64,000 nt of DNA from Heterodontus francisci (Eukaryota): NCBI RefSeq assembly GCF_036365525.1, contig NW_027142279.1, positions 744,001 to 808,000 on the forward strand, written 5' to 3'. Below, piece after piece: positions 12,010 through 25,291 of this stretch; position 1 is the first letter of the stretch; the number at the start of each line of letters is the position of its first letter. The position numbers were made by a program, and so were the translations under genes. Under the pieces are notes generated by a model. It saw nothing but the letters and a program-made list of their open reading frames with translations, was not told where the DNA came from and made no database searches.

Positions 12010-12760
12010 AAAGGAGGGGACCATTCGGCCTGTTGTGTGAATTCCAGCTCTTTGGTAGAACTAGCCAATTAATCCTACTCCCCACCCTGTTCTTCTCACA
12101 TAACCCAGTAAACTATGTACCTTCAAACTCTCTCTATTTCCCTTTTGAAAGCTACTATTGAAGTGAAGCTACTATTGAATCTGCTTTCAGCACCATGTCA
12201 GGCATTACATTCCAAATCACAACAACTCGCTGTTTAAACAAAATATTTCCTCATCCCCCTTTTTTTTGCCAACGACCTTAAATCTGTGTCCTTCTGGTTA
12301 CCGAACCTCCTCCCACTGGAAAAAAAGGTTTCTCCCTTTTAACTCTATCAAAAGCCTTCCTGAGTTTCAGCACCTCAATTAAAATTTTCCCTGTACCTTC
12401 TCTGCTCCAAGGAGAACAATCCCAGCTTCTACAATCTCTTCACGATATCTGAAGTGCCTCAACTCTGGAACCATTCCAGTCAATCTACTCTGCATTCTCT
12501 CTGGGGACTTAACCTGTTTTCCAAAGGGTGGCACCAGGATGGAATACAATGCTGCTACTGAGGCCTAAACAGTGTTTTATAAATGTTCATGATAACAGCT
12601 TTGCTTTTGCCCTCTGTGCCTCTGTTTACAGAGCCAAAAGGATTCAGTGTGCATTTTGATAGCCTTTTGAACCTGCCCTGCCACCTTCATAGATTTATGA
12701 ACATACATCCCCCTGGTTTCTCTGTTCCTGCACCCAATTTAAAATTGTACCGTTTGAGAA
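12010..12760 (-). mobile_element. CR1-type LINE fragment
   Basis: Reverse complement of the same family (ctccaaggagaacaatcccagcttct motif). Confidence 0.7.
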
Positions 12761-13323
12761 ACAATGTATTGGCTCAAAGAAAATAAGGGGAGTGTGTCCG
12801 AGCCAATATTTATCCCTCATTCAGCACTTCACATCCACCATTTCCGGTTATCTGGTCATTTAGTGCAATGATGCTTGTGGGATCTTGCTGTGCGCATTTT
12901 GGCTGAAACCTTTCCCTACATTACAACAGTGACTACACTCCACAGTCAGTTCTTTAACTCTAAAGCTCTATGAGCGTAATATTGCGAAAGAAATACCTGA
13001 ACAGGTTTGGGTTTACAGTCAAGACTCTGTGAGAATGCCATGAATATTAAAATGATACAATCATTAACATAATGACTGATGCCTAATTTTGTTACATTTT
13101 TGTTCTGAATATTGAACCAATGGAGATTTCAGGAGACTCCTCTTCACCCAGAGAATAGTGAGAATGTGGAATTCGCTTTTTTTTTTGACTCGGAGGTAAG
13201 AGTGTCACCACTGTGTAACTTCACTGAAATACTTAAACCCAAGCTGTATTTTGAGATCTGGTCTCTTTCTCAACCAGTTGAGCTGCAATTGACAGATGCA
13301 GTTTGACAATGGTGCGTCTTTAC

Positions 13324-13375
13324 CAAGAACTCGTTCGTTTGGTACCTTTGCTGCAATACACGAAAGTGCCTTGCG
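13324..13375 (-). pseudogene. TRBJ: Jβ2-17 pseudogene (QGTFVYCSKGTKRT/VL)
   Basis: FGXG changed to CSKG; +1 frameshift before GTT CTT G|gtaaag; heptamer CACGTTG, no recognisable nonamer. Confidence 0.65.
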
Positions 13376-14315
13376 CACGTTGCTGTCCAAAATCTGCCTG
13401 TTTGCAAAGGGGCTGAACGCAAGTTTAATTTTGGTCTTAACAATTGTACTTTTATTGGGACTTCCTCCCTCCGGGATTCACCACGCTGTTGTTTGTCTTC
13501 AATTAATTTTCCCTTTATATTTTGTCTGCTTTTCCTGGTTACTTGCGAATGTGTCTTTATTTTAAGAATAAGTTTAATAAAACAACACTGATCTCCCCTT
13601 CGCCTTCTCTGCTCCAAGGAGAACAATCCCAGCTTCTCCCATTTCTAAACACAAGTGAAACCTCCCCATGTCTGGTACCATTCTAGTAAACATCTTCTGC
13701 ACCCTCTCTATGGCCTTGACATCCTTCCTAAAGTGTGTTCGCCACGAATTGGTCACAATACTCCAGGCGAGGCCTACCTGGTGATTAATAACAACAAAAA
13801 ATTGCATTTAACTAGCACCGTTGATGCAGTGAAAAATCACACCATCAGAGCAACTCAGACAGCAACTTGATACCGTGTTATCGAAGTAGATATTAGGGAC
13901 AGGTGACCTGTCAAAGAAGTAGGTTCTAAGATACTTCTCAAAGAAGGAGAGAGGGAGAGAAGCAGAGGTGTATAAGGAGGGAATTCCAGGGTTTAGGGCT
14001 CAGGCAGCTGAAGGCACAGCCGCCAATGGTGGGTTCGAGGGAGGGCAGGATGCACAAGAGGCCAGAATTGGAGGAGCACAGAGAAATCATCAGGGTTTCT
14101 TTTAGGTCCAGAGGAAGTTACAGAAATAAGGAGCCACCGCCTCACTGACAGAACAATGCACGAATCCCGCGTAAATGTCCCCTACACGTGAAATGAATCC
14201 TCGTGTTCATCTGCTAAAATCCCTCCCCACAATTAGAGAACTGCATCCGTATAACAACAGCAGACTTCTGTCCATCCATCATTAACTGAGACCTCTTGTA
14301 CTGTCAGCTACTCAC

Positions 14316-14366
14316 CCGAAACGCTTAGCTTCGTGCCCCCTCCAGAATACTGTTCATATCCTGAAG
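14316..14366 (-). CDS. TRBJ: Jβ2-16 SGYEQYSGGGTKLSVS (Ser in place of J-Phe)
   Basis: GTGAG donor; RSS CACCATG-12-ACTAAAACT at 14367-14394. Confidence 0.88.
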
Positions 14367-15383
14367 CACCATGCTACAACCCTACACTAAAACTAACAAG
14401 AGTGTCTCTCCCCTCCAGATGGATGGAGTTGGTGCTGGGGATTTTACATCGAAATTCATTGAAATTGCAACAATCTAACCAAAGTTCTATATAAGTTTCA
14501 TGTAACTTCTGTGCTTTGGAATGCTAGCTAATCCCCTGCAAAGGAAGCCCTGTGCTTTGCTTGCTGTTATTATTGGATATTAGTCAATATTAAAGATGCA
14601 GACAAGTACTATGTCGCACTGCATCAGGGGATACCAATTAGAATTAAGCCTTCAGGTTGCTCAATCTTCTGCGAACACCCAGAGCTTCTTGCTGCTTCAC
14701 CATAACCCTACATTTGTTCGCCTTCAAGTATGCATCAAATGCATTGTTTGAGCTATTTTCAGGCAGTGCATTCCACATCACAACAATTGGCTGTGTAAAA
14801 GCAAATACTCATCTCCCTCTTTGTTTCTTTTGCCAATCACAAATCTGTTCTCTTTGCTTACCGACTCTTCTCCCAGCAGAAATGAGTTATTCTTATTTAC
14901 TCTATTACAAACCATATGATTTTGGACATTTTGAATATGATATTAATTCTCACCTTAACCTTCTCTTCTCTAAGGAGAACAACCCCAGTTTCTCCAGTAT
15001 CTCCACACAATTGAAGTCATTCATCCCTGGTACCACACTGGCAAATCTTCTTTAACCTTCTCTGCTCCAAGGAGAACAATATTCAGCTTTTCCAGTCTCT
15101 CTACAAAGCTGAAATCCTTTCTCCCTGGTATCAATCCTCCCACCACCACTTAATCTTCTCTGCTTTATCCTACTTGTTTTCAGAATACATCTTGCTGAAA
15201 TATTGCGAAATAAATATAATAATTATTACGATAATTTGGTAATAAGTGGGGCAACGAGGGAAATCTGGGTAGCAGGGTCAGACATACAGCACTGTGCAGT
15301 TATGTACTGGAGTGCAATGCCATGGGTAAATATGCAACTAACTTAATTGACGCACTCAAAACGTTACATTTTTTAAAACTTAC

Positions 15384-15435
15384 CCAACACTGTTAATTTG
15401 GAACCGGGGCCAAAATGAAAGTTAGTAGTTACATC
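15384..15435 (-). CDS. TRBJ: Jβ2-15 DVTTNFHFGPGSKLTVL
   Basis: GTAAG donor; RSS CACAATG-12-CAGAAAACT. Confidence 0.93.
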
Positions 15436-16071
15436 CACAATGCTACATTCCTATCAGAAAACTAGGATTGCCTAACAGTTCCCGTAGACTGCCAATGCAG
15501 TAGCTTGTTCCCTATATTTATTTAGTATGCCAAGAAAGCAAGTAGTGAAATTGTTAAACTGTTTGGACATTGCCAAGTACCTCTCACTTTGAATTCTGAT
15601 TTGAAATAGTGTTTCAGCATAAATGTAAGTCAATTCCTTATGCACTCAATTTAGTTATTTTCTTGAAGGAAGACCAGGTGAGTTTGCCATTTAGTATCTA
15701 ATCTTCTACAACCTTGACTAGATCTAGTCTTTGTTTATTACATTCAATCATTTTTGTTGGGTCAGTGTGTTAAAGGTTATGGAACCAAAGACGGTAGCTG
15801 GAGCTAAGATAAAACTCAGCCATGATTTAAGTGAATGGTGTAAGAGGCTCAAGGGATGAATGGTCCTTTGTGGCTTCTTGTGTTTGATTGGAGTCCTTTC
15901 AAAATCGTTGACTCGGGTTTGCATCTGTTATAAACTCGACAGTGGCCCTTCCTGAGTTCAGCCTTTAAGATAATCACTACTAGTTGAGCCTTGCCTCTCT
16001 GCTTTTACATTGGTGAAGATTAATGCTTTTACATTGACCACTGGGGGGACAAATCGCTCGGTTTTACATAC

Positions 16072-16127
16072 CCAGAACTGTTAATCTTGTCCCATCGCCA
16101 AAGCGGAGAGGTGTGCTGTTTCCAGAA
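16072..16127 (-). CDS. TRBJ: Jβ2-14 SGNSTPLRFGDGTRLTVL
   Basis: GTATG donor; RSS CACAGTG-12-ATTAAAACT. Confidence 0.95.
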
Positions 16128-16684
16128 CACAGTGTTACAAAGCAGTATTAAAACTGCTGGGGACCAATGATTACACGATACTTCATCGAATGCTCTGACA
16201 CCTTTGAACAATTATAATTCAACCAATTGCAATGTGTAGATTTGTCTGTCCTTTTCTCCACCATTCCATTTTAAAGCAGAGAAATTATGGTAAAATTTGC
16301 TTAGACGTTCTTGGAGCTCTGTGCACAGTTCTGGTCTCCATATCCCTCGGTTAGACCACACTTGGATCACTGTGCACAGTTCTCGTCTTCATACATATTT
16401 ACCTATCAGGAAAGACTGAATAGCCTTTATGATAGATAAGAGAAGGCTTAGAGGTGACCTGAAAGAGGCGTCTAAGATTATGAAAGGGTTGGGGGGTTCC
16501 AGAGGGTAGACACAGAGAAGTCTGGTAACGTTGTCTTTGCAAAATTGTGCATCTTGGGATACAAATTTACTCAAGTTTTCCAGTATGTGGCCAGGTTTGT
16601 GAGTTTTGGCAGAATTACGAAGCAATGAATGAACACTTAGAGGGAATTAAATTTGAATATTGAGATCTATTCTTGTTCACCTAC

Positions 16685-16733
16685 CTAGAACGTAATCCCA
16701 GAGCCAAAGTAAGAGATCGAGGTCCCAGCTGCA
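16685..16733 (-). pseudogene. TRBJ: Jβ2-13 pseudogene (AAGTSISYFGSG, then ~7-nt deletion and stop)
   Basis: The FGSG frame runs ITF* into the donor; RSS CACAATA-12-TGTAAAACT. Confidence 0.8.
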
Positions 16734-16749
16734 CACAATATCACAGGCC

Positions 16750-17310
16750 AGTTGTAAAACTACCAGGGCCCTCAGTTACGCCTGAGCTGGAGTCTCGTGC
16801 CCAATTCAGGGCACCACACTTTTGGAAGGATGTCAAGGTCTTGGAGAGCGTGCAGAGAGAGATTTACTGGAATGGTCCTAGAAATGAGGGACTCAGTTAT
16901 GTGGACAGACTGGAGAAGGTGGGATTGTTCTCCCAGAGAAGGTGAAGGAGAGATTTAATAGTTGATTTCAAAGCCACGAAGGGCTTTGTTAGAGTCAGTA
17001 GGGGGAGACTGATTCCACAGGCCGGAGATTTCACAACCAGAGAACATAGATTTAAGGCAATTGGCAAAAGATCCAGATGTTTATTGAGGGGCCATTTCTT
17101 TACACAACGACTTGTTATGATATGGAATGCATTACCTGAAAATGTGATAGATACTGATTGCATATTGAACTTCAAAAAAGAATTGGAGCATAGTTCAAAA
17201 AGGCGAAAATTGCAGGGCTGTATAGAAAGAAAAGGGGTGAGGGAGGCGAATTGGAGAACATTTCCCAACAGCCGACTCGAGTAAGATGGGCCGAGTGGTA
17301 TTCTTGTGTC
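16750..17310 (+). mobile_element. CR1-type LINE 3' fragment
   Basis: QFRAPHFWKDVKVLESVQR and FFTQRLVMIWNALPENV. Confidence 0.8.
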
Positions 17311-17909
17311 CAACATGCATACTTGTCGAATTATTTCCATCAACTGTTTTTTTTAGAAGTCTGTCCCATTATCAACAGTGAGCATTCATTCCAGAAGATC
17401 ACTGTTTCAGGACGTTAATCATAACAAGCTGAACAAACTCTGTTTCAGAATGGGATTGAATTTTATACGGATGAAGGCAAAGCACAATCTTCTAAAACAA
17501 AATCGAAGCGGTCATTTTTATTAATTAGTGTGAGGTTAACAATTTTATGCGGCAACAGCTCAGAATTGTTGACTTAATTTTGGCTGCAAGCCCATAAAGT
17601 ATGGATTGACAAAAGTATTAGGGTCATGTCTTTCCAGCCATGTCTATCCTGGATTCTACTCCACCCAATAACCCTCCTGAGAAAAGAGCCTGAGGAATGT
17701 CTCCCAATTCCAAAACAATTCAGCCAATCACAAGAAGGCATTTCCAACATAACATTCTACGTTGGACAACCCAATGCACTTCTCTGTCGGTTTAATGTCA
17801 CACAGCATTTTCTATATTTTTGAAAGGATAATAAGATTGTCGATGTGCTGGTTGATAATTCGAAAACTGGACACTAATGGGAAACTACAGAATATGATGA
17901 TAGACTATC

Positions 17910-18430
17910 CCTTCTTCTTTCTTTTCTTTCTTTTGGGCCTACTTATCTCGAGAGACAATGGATACGCGCCTGGAGGTGGTCAGTGGTTTGTCAAGCAGCG
18001 CCTGGAGTGGCTATAAAGGCCAATTCTGGAGTGACAGGCTCTTCCACAGGTGCTGCAGAGAAATTTGTTTGTCGGGGCTGTTGCACAGTTGGCTGTCCCC
18101 TTGCGCCTCTGTCTTTTTTCCTGCCAACTACTAAGTCTCTTCGACTCGCCACAATTTAGCCCTGTCTTTATGGCTGCCCGCCAGCTCTGGCGAACGCTGG
18201 CAACTGACTCCCACGACTTGTGATCAATGTCACACGATTTCATGTCGCGTTTGCAGACGTCTTTATAGCGGAGACATGGACAGCCAGTGGGTCTGATACC
18301 AGTGGCGAGCTCGCTGTACAATGTGTCTTTGGGGATCCTGCCATCTTCCATGCGGCTCACATGGCCAAGCCATCTCAAGCGCCGCTGACTCAGTAGTGTG
18401 TATAAGCTGGGAGTGTTGGCCGCTTCAAGG
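17910..18430 (-). mobile_element. RTE-clade LINE 3' end, 5'-truncated
   Basis: Uninterrupted ORF RWLGHVSRMEDGRIPKDTLYSEL...RYKDVCKRDMK...CSTCGRACHSRIGLYSHSRRC, a short 3' UTR and a (GAA)-rich tail. Confidence 0.88.
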
Positions 18431-18467
18431 ACTAGTTAGACAAACAAAGTCTTTAACATTTACATAC

Positions 18468-18523
18468 CCAAAACTGTGAGCTTGGTCCCTTGGCCAAAAT
18501 ATAATGGTTCGGTCTTTCCATAA
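18468..18523 (-). CDS. TRBJ: Jβ2-12 YGKTEPLYFGQGTKLTVL
   Basis: GTATG donor; RSS CACAGTG-12-TACAAAACT. Confidence 0.95.
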
Positions 18524-19193
18524 CACAGTGTTACACTCCCATTACAAAACTATTACCCTCCAGACAACCTATTGCACCAGGAGGCGGCCATTCAGCCCCT
18601 CTATCCTGCTCCTCTATTCAAAGGCTGATCTGTACCTCACTTCATTTACCATTCTGATCTCGATATCCCTCGATAACCTCCCCAAACAAAGTTATTTCCA
18701 TCTCAATTTTGTCAGGTCTAATCGCCCTCCAGGATTCACAGCTTTTTGTTGAAGAGGGAGTTCCAGAGATCTTTTACAATCAATTATTATCATGTACTTT
18801 TACTACGGATTCCTCTGCGAGAGGTGAAATCAGAGGGTTTTCCATCAAAATATCTGATGTTCGACATCCCAGTACGGCTTTAGTTTCACATAAAAAGCTA
18901 CAATGAGATTCTTAATATTCCCATTGATAACTAGAATAATGGAGAGTTGTGGGCAATCACAGAATATAACAATAGACCAACAAATGGCTTTATCAAGTTT
19001 GACTATCCCAGTAGATAGTGAATGGAACAATTTAACAATAGTGTTACTCTAAAAGAGAAGCAAATTAATCTCTTTTAAAGGCAGGCTGGAGATTGGGTCA
19101 AATCATTAACTAAACCCTCGCCACTCCCCATTGGAGGCAACATAATAGCAATTAAACTGTAAAATGAATACAATGCTGAAACCGTTCACCTAC

Positions 19194-19246
19194 CGAAAAC
19201 TACTAACTTGGTCCCATCGCCAAAAGTATAATCGTAGTTATTTGAG
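19194..19246 (-). CDS. TRBJ: Jβ2-11 SNNYDYTFGDGTKLVVF
   Basis: GTAGG donor; RSS CACAGTG-12-GTTAAAACT. Confidence 0.95.
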
Positions 19247-19754
19247 CACAGTGATGCCTGTCAGTGTTAAAACTCCCATCAAGTTAGAAATGCTAAAATG
19301 CACCGTCTTCGAAATGATGTACTCAAATTGTAGATTTACATACTATTAATGTGTGATGTAAAGACAGCGGCAATGCACCCTAGATATTGGACAGGAGAAC
19401 AAAAGGTTAGTTATAGGGCCTGGTGGAGGTTACAGAGACAGCGAGATTTGTCGGGATTGGAGGATGTTACAGGGATAAGGAGAGTTATAGAGGCTGGAGG
19501 CGGTTACAGGGATAGGGAGGTTTGTAGGGGCCGGAGGACGTTGCAGGGACAGGGAGACAGCGAGGCCTTGGGGTGAGTTGAAAACAAAGGTGAAAGATGT
19601 TTAAACCAAGATATTGCAGGTCCGGCTGCCAATATAAATCGGCGAGGTGATCCTGTGACCGAGAACATGATGTATTTTAGAGCATCTAATTTCGTCTGAG
19701 AATCTCAGGGATCCTCATTAACGAAAACAACAAAAGCTTCAGTTCTGTGCTCAC

Positions 19755-19807
19755 CTAAAACAATCAATTTTGTCCCGTCACCGAAGTAATACAGAGTATT
19801 TCCTGTA
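19755..19807 (-). CDS. TRBJ: Jβ2-10 TGNTLYYFGDGTKLIVL
   Basis: GTGAG donor; RSS CACAATG-12-AGTATAACT. Confidence 0.93.
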
Positions 19808-20864
19808 CACAATGTTACATGACAATAGTATAACTACAGGTCGAAGAGCAATGAAGCTGGTGCACTGATGCAAAACCTCACACAGAATGCACTGGAGATT
19901 TGACTCTTTATGTTAAGGGCATTATAATGTTAATTAGAAAATCATTGTGAGGAATAGAAAGGGAAGTTCGTTACTCAGATAGTGGTAATAATGTGGAATG
20001 CACTACCACAGGGAATGGGTTGAGATGGATTTTGGAGATGCTTTCAAGGAGTAAATTGGAAAAAGACATGGGAGAGAAAGTAATAGAAGATTAGATGATG
20101 TAAGGGTGAGAGGAGGCTCGTGTGCAGTTTCACCACTGGCTTGCTGACACACTGTAAATTCTATATAATTAAATGTAATTATGATGTTTTATTTCACTCA
20201 TTCTGGGGGAAGAACGATGACAGCATTTTTTGGAAACAAATAATCTGCCCTCTGAGAAAACGGTTCACAAATCTGCAACTCCCTCCCAGACAGGACTGCG
20301 GAAAGACCTACACCCCATTGAGTGCAGGGGCGATGGTTGCAAAGTGATAATGTCACTGTGCTAGTAATGTTCTGGTTCAAATCCCGGGGGTAGCTAGAGG
20401 AATTAAACTTCAACTGATAAATGAAAGTCTGGTTTAACTGCATGAAACTATCGTCAATTGTCAGAAAACCCCGCCTGTTGTCATATAAGTGACTTCAGAC
20501 TTCAGTTGACTCTCAACTGCCTTCTGAAACAGCAAACCACCCAGTCCAAGAGCAATTAGGGTTGGGCAGAAAAACTTGGCCTTGCCAGCGACGCCCATAT
20601 CTGATGAAAAAAAATGAGCTAGCAGACCACTCAGAGGGCAATTATGGATGGGCAATAAATTCTGGTCCACATGCCACGAACGAATTAAAAAAATGTATTT
20701 CCCTGTGCATCTTAGTATTTTCCATCTATTCTGCCTTTTATGCACATTGGAAATGCTGCCTGAAATTTTTTTGTTATTTGTCAATGCAACATTTCAGTTG
20801 CAAACTGAAACTCAGAAACAGCGTGAGCTACAATCATTTTTTTTTCAAAGAACGTCCAACTCAC

Positions 20865-20917
20865 CCAACACAGTCAGTTTTGTCCCGTCACCGAAGAAAT
20901 ACTCGTAGCTTCCAGAA
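20865..20917 (-). CDS. TRBJ: Jβ2-9 SGSYEYFFGDGTKLTVL
   Basis: GTGAG donor; RSS CACAGTG-12-TACTAAACT. Confidence 0.95.
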
Positions 20918-21219
20918 CACAGTGTTTCAGCCCTGTTACTAAACTATACTGGTCCCTGAAAGGTTGCCGAATATTTGAGTGAATAATACAGCTCTTGTTT
21001 GTTTGTCCATGATCAGCTAAATGGGAGAAATTTTCCCTTCTTTAAACACAGATCCAGTTCAAGAATCAGTCTTTCTCCTTCTCTCTCTCTCTGTCTCTGT
21101 TTGTGTCTTAAATGCATTGGAAAAATGTCTTTCACCAATGAACCCGGAGCCTTAAACATCTTTCCGACCATTTCAGACAACATGCATTCTCAGAATTGGC
21201 CTAACATTCCTGGACTCAC

Positions 21220-21269
21220 CTGTCACAACTAACTTGGTACCGCTTCCGAAGTAATATTGATTGCCAGAA
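21220..21269 (-). CDS. TRBJ: Jβ2-8 SGNQYYFGSGTKLVVT
   Basis: GTGAG donor; RSS CACAGTG-12-AACAAAACC. Confidence 0.95.
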
Positions 21270-22343
21270 CACAGTGAGAGACCCTTGTAACAAAACCTCA
21301 GAAGGCGAGGTGCAGGTCTTGCCTATATCACACTTGGACCCTGTCCTCGAAAGGGTTTGTAGATCACATCTCCTTAATTTATATATCTCCTAATTTATAT
21401 TTGTGGCTCAATGAACAAGCTCATAGAATCATAGAAATATGCAGCGCAGAAGGGGAGACCATTCGGCCCGAAGGTCCTGTGCTGACTTTATGAAAGAGTT
21501 TTCCCATAGTCCAGTATATTTCCCTTCGAGTATCTATCCAATTCCCATTTGAAAGTCACGACTGAACCAACTTCCACCACCATTTCAGATGTGCCTTCCC
21601 GATCACAGTAACTACCTCTGTGGGAGAATGTCTCTTCATCCCGCCTCTGGTCCTTTTTGTTAATTGCCTCAAAACCTGTGTCCTCTGGTTACCGACCCTT
21701 CTACCAATGGAGACAGTTTCTGATTATTAACTCGATCCAAAACCTTCATTAATTTGAACACCTCTATTCTATCTCCCTTTAACCTTCTCTGTTTAAAGGA
21801 GAACAAGCCCAGGTTATCCAGTCTCTACAACTATCTGAGGTCCCTCATCTCTGGTACAATTCTGGTGAATCATTTCTGCTCCCAATCTAAGGCCTCGACA
21901 TCCTTCATAAAGTGTGGTACCGAGAACTGAACACAATACTCCAGCTGGGACCGAACCAGTGATTTGTAAATGTTAATCCTCACTTCCTTACTCAACTCCT
22001 CGTGAATCTTTAATCAATGATGGTGCGTTCCAGAATCATCAACTGGTCATTTCAAACATCTTGTCTCTTTTTTTAACCTAGCTCTCTCTCTATCTCACTC
22101 CTCGCATTAAACTGATAGAGTAACATTAGGGGCAGTGGTAGGCCATTCAGAGTCTGCTTTTTCAGATAGCTATCACTTGTTGATTTCCACACACACAATC
22201 GGTCATTGTTAAGAAACGGATGTCACCTGAATAGGAAATATGATTAGCGTTATCTTCATATATTAATCTTGTAAATTTCAATCAGACTATACCATATCAG
22301 ACCGTGCGGAATGATTCTCACTGACGCCACGTTAATCAGTTAC

Positions 22344-22395
22344 CTAAAACCACGAGGTTTGTGCCATCGCCAAATGTGTAGTCATTGTTCCCTGA
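22344..22395 (-). CDS. TRBJ: Jβ2-7 SGNNDYTFGDGTNLVVL
   Basis: GTAAC donor; RSS CACAATG-12-AACAAAGCT. Confidence 0.93.
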
Positions 22396-22828
22396 CACAA
22401 TGTTACACAGTTGTAACAAAGCTAGGGAATCTTTAACTCTCTACACGCCGGTTAATTAAGCACAGTTGCATCATTTTGTATTGGGTGGCATTCATTACCC
22501 CGCCCTTTCCCTCTTTACCTCTGTTTGTCATTTCTTTTGTCTTTGTCTCTACCTCTCCAAACTTTTTCTCTCTAATTCTCTGTCCCCTTTTGCCTGCATT
22601 TTGCTCCCAATCTGTCTCTCTGTAGATATGGTTTGCCTCCCTAGCCTTCCTCCATTTCCACCTCGCCATTCCCCTATGTTTATTTGTTTTAACTCTTGCT
22701 TCGCTACTCTTTGTTTTTTTCTAAAGTTTACGTTCTCTCCCCTTTCTTCAAACTGATGGGAGCAAACCGGCCGACAGTTTTAATACTTACTGAGACCACT
22801 GATATGTTTCAACAAATATCTCACTCAC

Positions 22829-22886
22829 CCAGGACTGTTAACTTAGTGCCGTCTCCAAAATATGATAGCTGGGTACTTCCTGCACC
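22829..22886 (-). CDS. TRBJ: Jβ2-6 GAGSTQLSYFGDGTKLTVL
   Basis: GTGAG donor; RSS CACATCA-12-ACAAAAACA. Confidence 0.93.
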
Positions 22887-23436
22887 CACATCATCATGTC
22901 ACAACACAAAAACATTCCGCAATAGCGCCCTGCCAGTTTTCAGTGTCCATCTCATTAATATTTGATATTGCCCTTTGACTAACATGAGCTGACCATACAA
23001 CAAAGTACACGCATAAAATAACCGGGTGGGGAGGTGGGGGAGAGGGGGCTTGACCATTAAAGCCAGCAACATTCACAGTACCGTCTATCCATCCATCTGT
23101 GAATATGTTAGATGTCCACAGATACAGTGCTTATAATACTGGAAGATTTTACATGGAGTTGTTCATAGTTATTAATTAACTTCTACACACAAGTTGGGGA
23201 CCAGATAGCTCAGGTGCCGAACGTGCCAGTTAGAAAAATGCTTACAGAACGGATTCATTTCTCACCGTGTCTGGGGAAGGCAAGGGGAAGCCTCCTCATA
23301 GACACTCCTCCCCATTCATGCTCCTCTCTCCTGCTGGTGAAAAGGAGCAGAGAGCCAGTCCATCAGATGACCACCAGCCTGCACAGACAAGATGAACCCA
23401 GCATCCCTAGCTTCATTGAATGAAAGTCTAACTCAC

Positions 23437-23493
23437 CCAATACTGTTAGAGCCGAACGTTCTCCAAAATGTAAAGGCTGGTAGCTCCCGCCTG
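23437..23493 (-). CDS. TRBJ: Jβ2-5 GGSYQPLHFGERSALTVL (FGER motif)
   Basis: GTGAG donor; weak RSS CACTATA-12-ACCAAAGAA. Confidence 0.82.
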
Positions 23494-23650
23494 CACTATA
23501 CTAAACAACAGTACCAAAGAACACACCTTTGGATAGACATATACACCGACAGAAAAGTAGCTACGTCGATAGATAAACATAAAGATGGATACACAGACCG
23601 ATACATTATGGATGATGGAACAATAGATGTTTATATAGACGGTAACGTAC

Positions 23651-23700
23651 CTAAAACAGTTAACTTGGTACCAGCTCCGAAGTAGTAAATATCAGAAGAG
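23651..23700 (-). CDS. TRBJ: Jβ2-4 SSDIYYFGAGTKLTVL
   Basis: GTACG donor; RSS CACAGAG-12-ATCAAAACC. Confidence 0.93.
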
Positions 23701-25241
23701 CACAGAGCTAAATCCCTGCATCAAAACCTCTCACCTCTCTCTGATTCATGTCCTGAAGGAGCCTTTCACAACTAGAAAGAACCTCCCGGAGTATTGGCAC
23801 AAAGGAACATAGAAATGCTGTCGCTGGAGTAGGCCATTCAGCCCATCGAGCTTGTTCCGACATTCAGTGAGGTCATGACTCATCTGTATTGTAACCCCAT
23901 CAGCCTGTTTGTGTTCCAAACCCTTTTCCTAACAAGGCTCTATCATTCTCAGATTGGGAAGTGACAATTGACCCTGTGGCCTCAGCAGTTTCATAGGGGA
24001 GAGAGGCCCAGATTTCCACCACCGTTTGTTCAGTTATGTCCTTTCTGGCATCACCCCTGAACGGCCAAGCTTTAATGTTAAGCTAATGCTCCCCTCCACC
24101 CTCACCCTTGTTCTGGGCTCTGACACCCGCGTAAATTGCAGCTCTATCTGCCCTATCGAATCCTCTCATTATCTTAAACACATCAGTTGGATCAATCCTT
24201 AATCTCCAATGCTCAACATCTCTAAGCAACCTGCCCCCACAATTTAATTCCGGCATGATTCTGGTAAATGAGGAAAGATCATTCGCAATCTGCCCTGGAC
24301 TTTCAGCTCACGTTTCCCAGGCCGTTCAATGTGCATTCTACACCCAGTCTCCATTCACAAATTTAAAAAATCCCTTTTGATATTTCTCATCCATTTAAAC
24401 GCTTCAGGTTAATGGGGAATACATCAAATCATATCGACACTTCAGCACCGAACCAGGCCATTCAGCCCACTACATCCTAGCCGATTAAATGCTACACATT
24501 ATCCTTCTCACACCCTCTTCATCTCACCCCATCAATAGGTCCTTTTATTCCTTTCTCCCCCATATGTTTATCCAGCTTCCCTCTTAAATACATCTCTGCT
24601 ATTCGCCTCAGCCCACTCCCTGTGGTAGCGAGGTCCACATTCTCGCCACTCTCTGGTTGAAAAGGCTTCTCCTGAATTCCATATTGGATTTATTAGTAAC
24701 TGTCTTATATTGATGGTCCCCTGGTTCTGGTCTCCCCAACAAGTAGAATCATCTTGCCTCTGTCATAATTTTAAATACCTCGATCAGGTTATTCCCTTCA
24801 GCCTTCTCTTTTCTAGAGAAAACAGCACCAGCCTCTTCATTCTTTCCTGTGGTTATATCCTCTCAGTTTTGGGAGCTCACTTGTAAATATGTTTTGTTTT
24901 GCTCTATCCAGAGCCTCTGCTTTTTTAATCATATGCAGTCCATAACGGCATACTGAAGAATTGAATCTGACAGTTTTCGTTCTGTGCCTGTGTCCTCTTG
25001 TTCTGTTCTCATTTGCAGCTGCAATTGCTGTTTACACTGTTTATTTTAGAGACCCTACCTTATGTCCCCACTCAAACCCCTTTCCATCCAGTGACGTGAA
25101 TTCAGCAGTTGTAGGTCTCCCTTTGGCAGCTCAAGAGTCGAAATCAATTCACCAAATTCCCATATTTTCACTCCCTGGACCACCCCACGTGAATTCCCAA
25201 ATTGAATTAACTTTTCCAGCATTAGGAATGCATTCACTCAC

Positions 25242-25291
25242 CTAAAACCACCAGTTTGGTCCCATCTCCGAAATATGCTTCTCTAGCATTA
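25242..25291 (-). CDS. TRBJ: Jβ2-3 NAREAYFGDGTKLVVL
   Basis: GTGAG donor; RSS CACAATG-12-CGCAAAATC. Confidence 0.93.
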
